A stretch of DNA of 64,000 bases from an uncultured virus (IMG/VR IMGVR_UViG_3300028646_000003). Taxonomy: Duplodnaviria; Heunggongvirae; Uroviricota; Caudoviricetes. The stretch lies in the IMG/VR virus record IMGVR_UViG_3300028646_000003, positions 1 to 64,000 of that record. One strand, 5' to 3'. The translations under genes were made by a program, and so were the position numbers. The notes under the pieces were generated by a model. The model was given only the letters and a program-made list of their open reading frames with translations. It made no database searches and was not told where the DNA came from. Of this stretch, positions 21,239 to 31,078 are shown piece by piece (position 1 is the first letter of the stretch; the number at the start of each line of letters is the position of its first letter).

Positions 21239-21266
21239 AGTAATAAGAAAGGAAGTGAAAAATTCA

Positions 21267-21500
21267 ATGCTAATTAAAAGAGCTGGTTATGGAAAAATAA
21301 GAAATGGGTGGGATAACTTATATATTCTATACGAAGATACTGAGACAAAAGTAATAACACTACATACTCCATTTTTAGTCTGTAACCCACATAAAAATGA
21401 TGAAAGATATAATTGGTACTTGAAGTATATAAGAAGTTGTGAATATTATGAATTAGAAATAACTAAAAATGGAAAGAAGTTTGAAAGTGTGTTAAGTTAA
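21267..21500 (+). CDS. hypothetical protein
   Basis: ATG 21267 after AAAGGAAG; the track's TTG start overlaps the promoter. Confidence 0.6.
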   Translation: MLIKRAGYGKIRNGWDNLYILYEDTETKVITLHTPFLVCNPHKNDERYNWYLKYIRSCEYYELEITKNGKKFESVLS

Positions 21501-21533
21501 AGCTTGGAATTTATAAGCTTTTAATAAATTAAA
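21498..21533 (+). repeat. composite intergenic repeat, degenerate copy
   Basis: TAAAG-CTTGGA-ATTTA overlapping the stop codon, 9 bp, AATAAATTAAA. Confidence 0.55.
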
Positions 21534-21558
21534 AAATATAGAAAGGATTGATAATAAA

Positions 21559-21777
21559 ATGAATGATGAAATAATAGGTTTTAATTTAAGTTTAAATTTT
21601 GGATTTACTAATGATGAAGAACATAAAGAAGTTATTAATAAAATAGAAGATATGATAGACTACTTATTAAAAGGTCAAATTTATACTGGAGCAGTATTAT
21701 TGGGTGGTAAAACTGAATTCATTAGAGAAAATAATGACAAAGGTATTAGAAAAATAAATGAGGAGTGCGAAGATTAA
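21559..21777 (+). CDS. hypothetical protein
   Basis: ORF with RBS AAAGGA. Confidence 0.6.
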   Translation: MNDEIIGFNLSLNFGFTNDEEHKEVINKIEDMIDYLLKGQIYTGAVLLGGKTEFIRENNDKGIRKINEECED

Positions 21778-22172
21778 TGATTAAATTAGAAGATTTAAAA
21801 ATAGGTGATAACGTATATGGAGTTTGTTTAGACGGAATAGGTATATATGCTGAGTCAGAAGTATATAAAGAACTATTTATGTTAGACGCTTATCCAAAAC
21901 CCTGTGAAGCAATAGCTTGCAATGGAGGACTTAATATACTATATAGGTCAAGTGAGAGATACATATTTAGAACGAGAATAGAAGCTGAAGATTTTCTTGA
22001 AGAATTACGGCTTGAAAAAGCAAAAGAATTACTAAACAGTGAAAAGTTTATTGATAGGTTATTTGAATGTGCTACAAGTATTAAAAGACTTAGTAAATAT
22101 GGAGAGAAAACAATTTATGAATTGGCAGTAAAATTATATAAAGAAAGATTGAGGGATAAGGTAAATGAATAA
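21765..22172 (+). CDS. hypothetical protein (start probably ATG 21777)
   Basis: ORF coupled to its neighbours. Confidence 0.6.
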   Translation: MRRLMIKLEDLKIGDNVYGVCLDGIGIYAESEVYKELFMLDAYPKPCEAIACNGGLNILYRSSERYIFRTRIEAEDFLEELRLEKAKELLNSEKFIDRLFECATSIKRLSKYGEKTIYELAVKLYKERLRDKVNE

Positions 22173-22542
22173 TGATAAATATAGAGTTTGGGATAAAGAA
22201 GAAAAACGCTTTTGGTATTTTACATTACAAGAAATATTGGAAAGAAAAATGTCTTATGAAGGTTCATGGGATTTAAAAATACTGAAAGGAGATAAAACAA
22301 AATATACGGGCTTAAATGATAATAAAGGTAAGGAAATTTATAAAGGTGATATTATCAAAGCTATCAATAGAAATTATGATTGTGAAGAAAACAGAAAAGA
22401 CTATTTTCAGCTATTTGAAGTAACTTATCTTAATGGTTGTTATATGTTTGGTAATTGGAATGCACATGAATTTTTTAATAGTTTTATGTTTAGAGAGATT
22501 GTTGGGAATAAATTTGAAAATCCTGAACTTTTAGAAAACTAA
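22165..22542 (+). CDS. YopX family protein
   Basis: KYRVWDK, YTGLNDNKGKEIYKGDI and EIVGNKFENPELL motifs. Confidence 0.85.
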   Translation: MNNDKYRVWDKEEKRFWYFTLQEILERKMSYEGSWDLKILKGDKTKYTGLNDNKGKEIYKGDIIKAINRNYDCEENRKDYFQLFEVTYLNGCYMFGNWNAHEFFNSFMFREIVGNKFENPELLEN

Positions 22543-22610
22543 GAATGGCTATTTTAGGGACTTGTAGACAAGGTAAATTGCTTGTTTTAAATGAAAGTTA
22601 ATAAATTAAA
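22541..22610 (+). repeat. composite intergenic repeat, copy
   Basis: AAGAATGGCT, then TAAAT-TGCTTG-TTTTA (22574-22589), 10 bp, AATAAATTAAA. Confidence 0.7.
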
Positions 22611-22625
22611 AAGAGGTGAATTAAA

Positions 22626-22880
22626 ATGAAAAATATAATAGGTAGAAAAGCAGTTATTACTAAAATACATGATGGATTAGGAAATGAGGCTAATGATAGT
22701 AAATACATAGGAAAAGCTTATAACCAAGTTGTAAAGTTAGTTATATTAGTACCGAAAACAACAGATTTTTATATTACTGATTTCTTTATTCCAGAATTTA
22801 TAGAAGAAAATAATGATTATATACATTACGGGTTTTTAAAAATTAGTAAAGGCAATATCACGTTATTGGAGGATGATTAA
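22626..22880 (+). CDS. hypothetical protein
   Basis: RBS GAGGTG. Confidence 0.6.
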   Translation: MKNIIGRKAVITKIHDGLGNEANDSKYIGKAYNQVVKLVILVPKTTDFYITDFFIPEFIEENNDYIHYGFLKISKGNITLLEDD

Positions 22881-23174
22881 ATGAATATGACAACTCAATA
22901 TATAAAACTTAAAAATCTAATTAATATAAATACTCAAAAAGAAGTGTGTCCTCAGTACAATAATAGAAAAGTAGATTATTCAAGATCACAAATCCAAGTT
23001 GATAAACCATTAAAAATAGTAGATACTGATGGAATTTTCTTTTCGCATGAAATGGTAGAAGAAATCTTTGAGGATAATATGTATAGGTTTGAAGTTATGA
23101 CAAGCAGAAAGATATGGTTCTTTGAATATTGTGATGAGAACTGGAATAGAATTGGAGGTAAAATAAATGGCTAA
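22881..23174 (+). CDS. hypothetical protein
   Basis: Coupled ORF with GGAGG RBS. Confidence 0.6.
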   Translation: MNMTTQYIKLKNLININTQKEVCPQYNNRKVDYSRSQIQVDKPLKIVDTDGIFFSHEMVEEIFEDNMYRFEVMTSRKIWFFEYCDENWNRIGGKING

Positions 23175-23367
23175 ATTTTGCTCACAGGAATGTAAAGACA
23201 TAGGTTCAATTTGTGATTTTTGTATACATTACAAGGATGAATATGAAAATATAGAGGGTAAATTCTCAGGGGAAGGTCTTTGTGATATAGATAATTCAGA
23301 GGTTGATGCATGTGATGGAATGGCTTGTAATAATTTTGAATGTTTTAGAATAACAAAACACGAATAA
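23167..23367 (+). CDS. small Cys-rich protein
   Basis: 9 Cys in 66 aa; RBS GGAGGT. Confidence 0.65.
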   Translation: MAKFCSQECKDIGSICDFCIHYKDEYENIEGKFSGEGLCDIDNSEVDACDGMACNNFECFRITKHE

Positions 23368-23507
23368 TATAAATTCAAATCTTGCAGAAATGATAAAAAT
23401 TACGAAAAAATATAATATCAATGCGAATGTTAATTAAAAATAACCAATTCAAATTTGTATTTTAAAGCAATTTGATAATTATATATATAATAAAAGGAGA
23501 TGTAAAA

Positions 23508-23654
23508 ATGGATTTAAATAAAAATTATAAATGGAGTATATTAGAGAATATAGTAACCATGATATGTACAGTTATTATGTGCAAATATGTTAGTATGTGG
23601 GGACTGTTATTCCTCATCAACTTAAACTTTGTGAAATCTTCAATTAAAAAATAA
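23508..23654 (+). CDS. small membrane protein
   Basis: ATG after AAGGAG within ORF 23472; hydrophobic. Confidence 0.55.
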   Translation: MDLNKNYKWSILENIVTMICTVIMCKYVSMWGLLFLINLNFVKSSIKK

Positions 23655-23673
23655 TAAAGGAGAATGGTATAAA

Positions 23674-23886
23674 ATGAAAAAGTTCTTGTGTAAAATAGCT
23701 AGTAGAATATTAAAGAAATATGGAATAGTTGAGATTGAAAAAGAAACAAAGATCATGATTCATAATGAGATGTATGTTATAAGTCAATATAGTATACATA
23801 AAAGTTGGAATGGAGATAGTATTAGCTTTGAAGGACTAGATGCAAGTCAGTTTTTAAATAAAAGTATAATTACTTTTGATAAGTAA
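23674..23886 (+). CDS. hypothetical protein
   Basis: RBS AAGGAG. Confidence 0.6.
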   Translation: MKKFLCKIASRILKKYGIVEIEKETKIMIHNEMYVISQYSIHKSWNGDSISFEGLDASQFLNKSIITFDK

Positions 23887-23893
23887 GAGAATT

Positions 23894-23929
23894 TAAAAGA
23901 GAAATTTTATTTGGTTTTAATAAATTAAT
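23894..23929 (+). repeat. composite intergenic repeat, copy
   Basis: TAAAA-GAGAAA-TTTTA, 9 bp, AATAAATTAAT; lies 8 bp after a stop codon. Confidence 0.7.
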
Positions 23930-23953
23930 AGAGATAAAGGGAGGGTAAATCAA

Positions 23954-24601
23954 ATTAAAGATTATGTTATTAAAAAAGTATCAAGACAAGAAGCAAAAGA
24001 TATCTTAGAAGAGTTTCATTATCTATCAAAACAGGGCTATTCATTCAGAAGTGGATTCCATTATGGCTTATTCTTAGACAATACTTTAATAGGAGTAGCT
24101 ATATATCATACTTTATCAGTTCCAGAAACGGCAAAAGGTTGTTTTGGATTAGAAAGAAATCAGCAACAAGGTTTATATGAACTAGGTAGACTAGCTTTAA
24201 ATCCAGTTTATTATGAAAAGAACTTAACTTCATGGTTTCTAAGCAGAACAATAAAGTTATTAAGGAAGGATGCAGAAGTCAAAGCAATTCTATCTTATGC
24301 AGATAGCGAATTTCATAATGGATACATATATCAAGCAACTAATTTTAAATATTATGGACTTACTGCTAAGAAATCTGATTTTTGGATATTGCAAGAAGAT
24401 GGTACATACATAAAACATCAGAGAGGTAAAATAAAAGGATTAATTGGAGAACATAGACCACGAACAAGAAAACATAGGTATTTAATTATTTTTGATAAAT
24501 ATTTAAAATGTTTGTGGAAACAAGAGCCTTATCCAAAAGGTGATAATAATTCTACATATAATAAATTAAAATATATTAAGGAGGAAGTTAAATATGATTG
24601 A
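23954..24601 (+). CDS. Mom-like (GNAT-fold) DNA adenine-modification protein, ATT start
   Basis: Open frame IKDYVIKKV..EFHYL..YGLF..IGVAIY..YELGRLAL..SWFLSRTIKLL..ILSYADSEFHNGYIYQATNFKYYG..KHRY, continuous with ORF 24389. RBS AAAGGGAGGG lies before ATT 23954. 215 aa. Confidence 0.75.
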   Translation: MKDYVIKKVSRQEAKDILEEFHYLSKQGYSFRSGFHYGLFLDNTLIGVAIYHTLSVPETAKGCFGLERNQQQGLYELGRLALNPVYYEKNLTSWFLSRTIKLLRKDAEVKAILSYADSEFHNGYIYQATNFKYYGLTAKKSDFWILQEDGTYIKHQRGKIKGLIGEHRPRTRKHRYLIIFDKYLKCLWKQEPYPKGDNNSTYNKLKYIKEEVKYD

Positions 24602-24953
24602 TTACATGGTTAGGTATAAGTATTATATAGATGATTTAGAATTTAATAGTGATAGAATTATAACAATTCAAGAAGGTCATATTGAAGATCAAGAACTGCT
24701 AGAAGATGTATTGTTGGAACTATTAAAAGAAGAAATAGATAATGAAAATATTGTATTAATAGATTTTGAAGAATTAACACAAACAGAACAAGCTAACTTA
24801 TATAGAATTACGGCTGACGATGTTTATTATAATGATGAATATATGTACAAAGGTGATATTAATAATAAAGCTGAGAAATTCATAGGTAAAGATATGGAAG
24901 AAGCTTTAGATGTTATTAAAGAATATAATTATAATGTTGATTGGCTTGGATAA
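24594..24953 (+). CDS. acidic hypothetical protein
   Basis: RBS AAGGAGG. Confidence 0.65.
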   Translation: MIDYMVRYKYYIDDLEFNSDRIITIQEGHIEDQELLEDVLLELLKEEIDNENIVLIDFEELTQTEQANLYRITADDVYYNDEYMYKGDINNKAEKFIGKDMEEALDVIKEYNYNVDWLG

Positions 24954-24992
24954 AATATATTGAATAAATTATAACAGGAGAGTGATTACATA

Positions 24993-27900
24993 ATGATACA
25001 AGAAGATGCATACAGAAATTTATCAGATAAAGAGCAAGCTATATTAAAATTACCAGTATTTTTTGATGGATATGATAATTTTTATCATCCAATAAGAGAG
25101 AGTGTAACAAATTGTAGAGATATATTAGTCGAAATGGATTCTGAAAACGGAATAATAGAGGTGATACTAAATGATGATAATGAAACAATAACAATAAAAG
25201 ATAATGGTTGTGGAATAATTTTAGATGGAGAAAGTAATGGAATTCCCAATTGGCGACATGCTTTTTTAATATTGTTTAGTGGAAGCAAAATGTCAACAGG
25301 CAAAACTTCTGGAGGCACAAATGGCTGTGGAAATACTATAATAAATTATTCTAGTGATTTTATGGATATTACATCAAAAAGAAATGGGAAAATATATCAT
25401 ATACAATTTATAAATGGTGGAGAAATTTCTGTTCCTTTTGAATGCTTAGGAACTACTGAAGAACATGGAACAGAAATAACCTTTAAATTATGTGATAAAA
25501 TATATACTAATACTGTTTTTAATGAAAATGAAGCTAAGGGTATTGTAGAAAGAATAGTTGTTACTAGCCCAAATATAACTTCTATATTTAAATATAAAGA
25601 CCAATGTTATACTTTTAATTTTAAAAATTTATCTAAATACCTAGAGTTTAAAGAAATTAAAGGAGAAATTAATAATATAATAGTTACAGAAAAAGAATAT
25701 GAAAGTGAATTTTATAATATTGATAAGCAAAAAAATGATATAGAAAAAACCAAAATTAATCTAGTAGTTAATTTTTCAAAAGAGAAGGTGTTACATTATC
25801 CATTTTTAAATGGAATTTATATGCCACAACTAGAAGACAATACGGTTCATAGAGGTCTAATAAGTGGTTTTAAAGATTCCATAAACAGCTATTTAAAAGA
25901 CAATAACATGTATGGAAAAGGAGAAAAGCCTATAACATTAAAAGATATTGAGGAAAGTATATCTTATATATGCGATGTAAATTCTACAAATGTATCATAT
26001 ACTTCTCAAACAAAATTCTCAACTAAAAAAGAACTTTATGAAACGACTGTTAAAACATACATAAAGGACTTTTTAGAGATTTATTCAATTGAAAATAAAG
26101 AAGATATGGATAATTTATCAAAAATAATATTAATAAATAAAAGAGCAAGAGAAAAAAGTGAAGAAACTAGGCAAAAAACTAAAGCAAAATTATCTGATGA
26201 AATTAAATTTACAGATGATATAAAAAACTTTAAAAATTGTATAACCAAAGACAAAGACTTAGCTGAGATATACATAGGGGAAGGATCGTCTGCACTTGGT
26301 GGAATATTACAAAGTAGAAAATCATTTTTTCAAGCTGGATTTCATGTAGGTGGTAAAATGTTATCTACTTTAAAAGCCACAGAAAAACAAATTTTTGCTA
26401 ATGAAGTAGTATATAACTTATACAGAGTATTTTGCTGTGGAACTCATTTATATAATTCAAAATTTAATGTGAAAACAAAAGATAAACCACCATTACCTAA
26501 CTTTAATATAGATAATTTCAGATGGAAAAGGGTAATTCTGGCAACCGACCAAGATATAGACGCATATCAAATTAGATGCTTAATTCTGTGTTGCGTATAT
26601 AGAATGTCAAAAGAATTAATAGAACAAGGATATATTTATATTGCTGAAGCACCACTATTTGAAATTACTACTAAAAACAAAGATAAAAAACAAGAAGAAA
26701 CTTTATTCGCTTACACTGATAAAGAAAAAGAAGATATAACCAAAGATTTGGACAGTAAAGGAATTAAATATTATCCACCTGAACGTAATAAAGGTTTAGG
26801 ACAAATGCAAAAAGATACTATGGCTAAAGCTATAATGAATCCAGATACAAGAAGATTGACTCAAGTAACTGTATCAGATATTGAAGCAATGATGGAAGTT
26901 TTTGAATTGTGGTTAGGTGATAACGTAGAAAATAGAAGAGATATGATTACAAATAACTTTGATTATATTGAGCATTTTGATGAGTGTGACAGTAAAGATG
27001 TAGTTCAATTAGTTAATGAGAATTATCTTCCTTATGCAATAGATATAGTTAAAGATAGAGCAATCATCGGAATTGATGGATTCAAACCTTCTCATCGGAA
27101 ATTATTATGGACGTTACATGAAAAAGGATTATATGATAAAAGAACTAAATCAGCTAATATAGTTGGAGATAATATGTCTTATAATGTACATGGTGATGGT
27201 AGTATTTATCAAACCTTAGTTAGAATGGCACAAGATGATACATTACTATATCCTTATGTAAATGGTAAGGGTAATTTTGGGCTACACACTCACAATAGTA
27301 AGGAACTTCAAGAAGCTCACATGAGGTATACTGAAGCTGGTGCATCAAATATTAATAAAGAATTTTTTAAGGATATTAATAAAAATGCAGTTGAGTTTAT
27401 GCTAAATTATGATGGGCAAAAACAAGAACCGAAATTATTGCCAACAACTTTTCCTAATTTGTTAGTTAATTATAATGAAGGTATCGCTGTAGGAATGGCA
27501 AGTAAAACTCCATCATTTAATCTTAATGAAGTAATAGATACAACAATTGCATACATATCAAGCAAGGATATCAATGTATCTGATTATTTAATTGCACCAG
27601 ATTTTGCAACAGAAGGTGAAATATTATATGACAAAAATGAATTAGAAGATATTTATAATATGGGGAAAGGAAATGTAACGTTACGTGCAAAATATAAAGT
27701 TGTTGATAATAATATAATAATCACACAAATACCATATAGCACAAATATTGAAGCAATAGTCGCAAGAATTAAAGAATTATGTTCTGATAAAAACTTATCC
27801 TATAAAGCTATAACAAATGTTATAGATACAACAGAATTAAGTGGAATATCAATTACTATAGAAGTGAAAAAGAACACCAATACTGATAAATTAATGTCAT

Positions 27901-29039
27901 TATTATATAAAAATACTCCTTTGGAATCTAAACAATCTTTTAATATGAATATCATATGTTTAGATGGAAAACCAAAAGTATTAGGAATAAAAGGAATATT
28001 AGATGAATGGTTGATATTCAGAAAAACATGTATAAAAAATGTATTATCTAATGACATCAATACAAAATCAAAATCATTACATCTATTGAAAGGATTAGAA
28101 AAGGTATTATTAAATATAGACAAAGCTATAGAAATTAATAGATATAGTGAAGAAAATCAAATAATACCAGAATTAATGAATGAATTCAACTTAGATGAAA
28201 TACAAGGAAAATATGTCTATGATATGAAATTAAGAAACATAAACAAGAAATACATTGAAAATGAAATAAAAGATATTCATGCATTAGAAGATGATATCAA
28301 AAACTTAGAATATAAATTAGAAACTGATTCAGAGATTGATAAGATGATTATATCAGATTTACAAAGGGTTAAAAAAGAATATGGACAACCTCGTAAAACA
28401 GAAATAATCTATGAAGATAAAGTGAAAGAAGTAAAACAAGAAGATCTAATTGAAGACTTTACAGCTACACTAATATTTACGAAAGAACAATATTTTAAGA
28501 AAACACGTAAATATAACGAAACTCAAAAAATTAAAGACGATGATGAAGTTAAAACAATAATACAATGTAGTAACAAGGATAAAGCTATCTTTATTTCAAA
28601 TCAAGGGAATGCTTATTTCTTAAATCTATGGGAAATCAATGAAAAGACACCAAGTACCATAGGTGACTTCTTACCAAATTTATTGCCACTAGAAAAAGAT
28701 GAAAACATAATAGGAATGTTGACTACTAACCAATATAAGGGAGAAACAGTATTAATGTATCCTGACGGGCATTTGGTTATAATACCATTAACCTCATATG
28801 CTACTAAACAAAATGCTACTAGATTAAAGAATAGTTTAGCTAAGAAATTAGGATTACCAATATTAATAACTCAAATAACTGAAGATATAGATATTGAATT
28901 AACTGATAATTTTGGTAAGACTAAAATGGTAAATACCACAGGATTAAATAGGAAAGACAGTAGAAACGCACAAGGTATAATAATTTGGAACTCTAAGAAA
29001 AAGGATTGGAATTTAGTATCTGCTAAAATTATAAAATAA
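24993..29039 (+). CDS. type IIA topoisomerase, GyrB/ParE and GyrA/ParC fused in one polypeptide
   Basis: GHKL (ESVTN, DNGCGI, GGTNGCG), TOPRIM (EGSSA, TDQDID) and RNKGLGQM, followed by DGFKPSHRK, HGDGSIY and catalytic HMRYTE. Confidence 0.93.
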   Translation: MIQEDAYRNLSDKEQAILKLPVFFDGYDNFYHPIRESVTNCRDILVEMDSENGIIEVILNDDNETITIKDNGCGIILDGESNGIPNWRHAFLILFSGSKMSTGKTSGGTNGCGNTIINYSSDFMDITSKRNGKIYHIQFINGGEISVPFECLGTTEEHGTEITFKLCDKIYTNTVFNENEAKGIVERIVVTSPNITSIFKYKDQCYTFNFKNLSKYLEFKEIKGEINNIIVTEKEYESEFYNIDKQKNDIEKTKINLVVNFSKEKVLHYPFLNGIYMPQLEDNTVHRGLISGFKDSINSYLKDNNMYGKGEKPITLKDIEESISYICDVNSTNVSYTSQTKFSTKKELYETTVKTYIKDFLEIYSIENKEDMDNLSKIILINKRAREKSEETRQKTKAKLSDEIKFTDDIKNFKNCITKDKDLAEIYIGEGSSALGGILQSRKSFFQAGFHVGGKMLSTLKATEKQIFANEVVYNLYRVFCCGTHLYNSKFNVKTKDKPPLPNFNIDNFRWKRVILATDQDIDAYQIRCLILCCVYRMSKELIEQGYIYIAEAPLFEITTKNKDKKQEETLFAYTDKEKEDITKDLDSKGIKYYPPERNKGLGQMQKDTMAKAIMNPDTRRLTQVTVSDIEAMMEVFELWLGDNVENRRDMITNNFDYIEHFDECDSKDVVQLVNENYLPYAIDIVKDRAIIGIDGFKPSHRKLLWTLHEKGLYDKRTKSANIVGDNMSYNVHGDGSIYQTLVRMAQDDTLLYPYVNGKGNFGLHTHNSKELQEAHMRYTEAGASNINKEFFKDINKNAVEFMLNYDGQKQEPKLLPTTFPNLLVNYNEGIAVGMASKTPSFNLNEVIDTTIAYISSKDINVSDYLIAPDFATEGEILYDKNELEDIYNMGKGNVTLRAKYKVVDNNIIITQIPYSTNIEAIVARIKELCSDKNLSYKAITNVIDTTELSGISITIEVKKNTNTDKLMSLLYKNTPLESKQSFNMNIICLDGKPKVLGIKGILDEWLIFRKTCIKNVLSNDINTKSKSLHLLKGLEKVLLNIDKAIEINRYSEENQIIPELMNEFNLDEIQGKYVYDMKLRNINKKYIENEIKDIHALEDDIKNLEYKLETDSEIDKMIISDLQRVKKEYGQPRKTEIIYEDKVKEVKQEDLIEDFTATLIFTKEQYFKKTRKYNETQKIKDDDEVKTIIQCSNKDKAIFISNQGNAYFLNLWEINEKTPSTIGDFLPNLLPLEKDENIIGMLTTNQYKGETVLMYPDGHLVIIPLTSYATKQNATRLKNSLAKKLGLPILITQITEDIDIELTDNFGKTKMVNTTGLNRKDSRNAQGIIIWNSKKKDWNLVSAKIIK

Positions 29040-29063
29040 TATAATAAATTAATGTAGAAAGTA

Positions 29064-29092
29064 TTGACAAGCTATTATCTAGATGTTAAACT
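29064..29092 (+). promoter_or_regulatory. sigmaA-type promoter
   Basis: TTGACA-17 bp-TAAACT with extended TG; AATAAATTAATGT at 29043-29055. Confidence 0.7.
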
Positions 29093-29128
29093 AATATTAA
29101 CCAGTAAAGGAAATGAGGTGGTGAAAGA

Positions 29129-29431
29129 ATGTCAGCAGATGAACTACTACAAATGATATGGGAATATTGCAATACCAATACAAAACTCACAATAGAAACT
29201 ATAAATGAATTTATAGTACAAATTACAGACAATCCAAAACAATTAGCTTATGACTTGTCAGAAAGACTTGAAGAATGGTCATTGGATAAAGAGAAATGTC
29301 CCTTATGTGGAGAAGATATAGTGCAGTTGGGAAGAAATACTCAATCTAGTGAATATTTTGGGCAACCAACAAATGAGATAGAAAATATATACGGTTGTGA
29401 GAGCCTAAGTTGTGGATACATAAAAAATTAA
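29129..29431 (+). CDS. Zn-ribbon hypothetical protein
   Basis: CPLC ... CESLSC. Confidence 0.65.
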   Translation: MSADELLQMIWEYCNTNTKLTIETINEFIVQITDNPKQLAYDLSERLEEWSLDKEKCPLCGEDIVQLGRNTQSSEYFGQPTNEIENIYGCESLSCGYIKN

Positions 29432-29469
29432 AACAAATTAATATAAATAAAAACATCAAAGGAGATGTT

Positions 29470-29805
29470 ATGATGAAACATAAAATAGGAGAAATAGTAA
29501 CAATAACAGATGATTTTGAAATAAAAGGTGCAATAGATAATAACAATACAATATTAGTCAAGAGTGGAGATACAGGCTTTATTGATTCAAAAGGATTAAT
29601 TCATTATATGACAGGAAAAGCCAGAGGAAAAATTCAAAATATAGAGGATATAGAAGTAAAAGGGTATGATTATGAATCTATTTCTAAACTAATTTATAAA
29701 AGACTCAATGCTGAATATGATATTGGAGAAATGTTAGAAAATGAAGATATAGACAAAATTGACTTTATGGAAACTATAGAAGATATGTTAAGTGATATTT
29801 TATAA
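29470..29805 (+). CDS. hypothetical protein
   Basis: ATG after AAGGAG within ORF 29410. Confidence 0.6.
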   Translation: MMKHKIGEIVTITDDFEIKGAIDNNNTILVKSGDTGFIDSKGLIHYMTGKARGKIQNIEDIEVKGYDYESISKLIYKRLNAEYDIGEMLENEDIDKIDFMETIEDMLSDIL

Positions 29806-29827
29806 TAAATAAAGAAGGCGAATTAAA

Positions 29828-30070
29828 ATGAATAAAGCATTATTACAAGAAAACAAAATCTACTGCCCAATATGTGAACAATCAAACTATCAATTAACAA
29901 GCGATTATAAATTAGTTGAAATAGAAAACAATAAATACGTAGAATTTGTAGCAAGATGCTTAACCGATGGTTGTAACGAAAAGTTTTATTTTCAGAGTGA
30001 TATAGGAATAAACAATCATTTTAACTTTGACAGAGACAAAGAGATTGAGATTAAAGATGAAATACTATAA
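29828..30070 (+). CDS. Zn-ribbon hypothetical protein
   Basis: CPIC ... CLTDGC. Confidence 0.6.
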   Translation: MNKALLQENKIYCPICEQSNYQLTSDYKLVEIENNKYVEFVARCLTDGCNEKFYFQSDIGINNHFNFDRDKEIEIKDEIL

Positions 30071-30174
30071 GAATTTGATAAATAAACTATATTTCCTCAG
30101 ATAAATTTGACAATTTAGTGTTGACAAGGGTAGCCAACAACAAATAAATTATTAAATACGAAGGAGTATATAAG

Positions 30175-31041
30175 ATGATGAAATTATTTAAAAATGAAAA
30201 AGGTATAAAAGAAGCAAGAGAATCAATGGAAAAACTAATGAATGAAAAATTAGAAATAATCAAAAAGGAAAATGAGAACAAAATAAATAAATTAGAATTA
30301 CAAAATAACGAACTAAATACAGAGTTAGAAACCAAGAATAAGCTATTTGAAGAATATAAGAAATCAGTACAAGAAATAACCTTAAGACTATTAAAAGATA
30401 CTGAATCAATTAGTAATGCCATTGATTCCTCAGCAAGTATATCAGAGGAGTTTACGGCTACAGTAGAAGAGATCAACGCAACTATATTTAACATAGCCGA
30501 AAGAGTTAATAGTGCATACGAAAGTGCTAAAAACAATGGTGGAATAATGGATAAATTTAGTAGCGATATTGAAAATATTTATGATAATGCGAATGATTTA
30601 AATATTAAAATGCAAGATATTTCTAAAATAACAGAAGCTATTAAAGAAATTGCAAACCAAACAAATCTTTTATCATTAAATGCAAGTATAGAATCTGCCA
30701 GAGCTGGGGAATATGGCAAAGGGTTCTCAGTTGTAGCAGATGAAATTAAAAAGTTAGCAGAACAATCAAAAGGTTTTAGTTCTACGATAAGCCAAATAAT
30801 AAAAGAACTTCAAGTTATGGTTACTACTATACTTACAAAGACTGAAACTGGAAAAGAAAATAGCATAAAATTAAAACAAAGTAGTATAACTAGAATTGCT
30901 AATATAGAAGAAATTAATATTAGCATGAGTGATACATCTGCTGGAATGGAAGAAATATCAGCAGGAATTCAAGAACAAACTGCAAATATAGTTGAAATAG
31001 CTAATGAAATTGAGAAGGTACTAAAATTAATCAAGATATAG
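30175..31041 (+). CDS. soluble methyl-accepting chemotaxis (MCP signalling domain) protein
   Basis: Conserved hairpin tip [40 protein letters not shown]; no transmembrane segment. Confidence 0.9.
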   Translation: MMKLFKNEKGIKEARESMEKLMNEKLEIIKKENENKINKLELQNNELNTELETKNKLFEEYKKSVQEITLRLLKDTESISNAIDSSASISEEFTATVEEINATIFNIAERVNSAYESAKNNGGIMDKFSSDIENIYDNANDLNIKMQDISKITEAIKEIANQTNLLSLNASIESARAGEYGKGFSVVADEIKKLAEQSKGFSSTISQIIKELQVMVTTILTKTETGKENSIKLKQSSITRIANIEEINISMSDTSAGMEEISAGIQEQTANIVEIANEIEKVLKLIKI

Positions 31042-31078
31042 TTAAATACCGATATACATAAGAAAGTGAGTTGATTAA

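Noticed and set aside
19854..23929. CRISPR array
   Set aside because: The repeats are degenerate and separated by 0.4-1.6 kb of genes; no cas genes are present.
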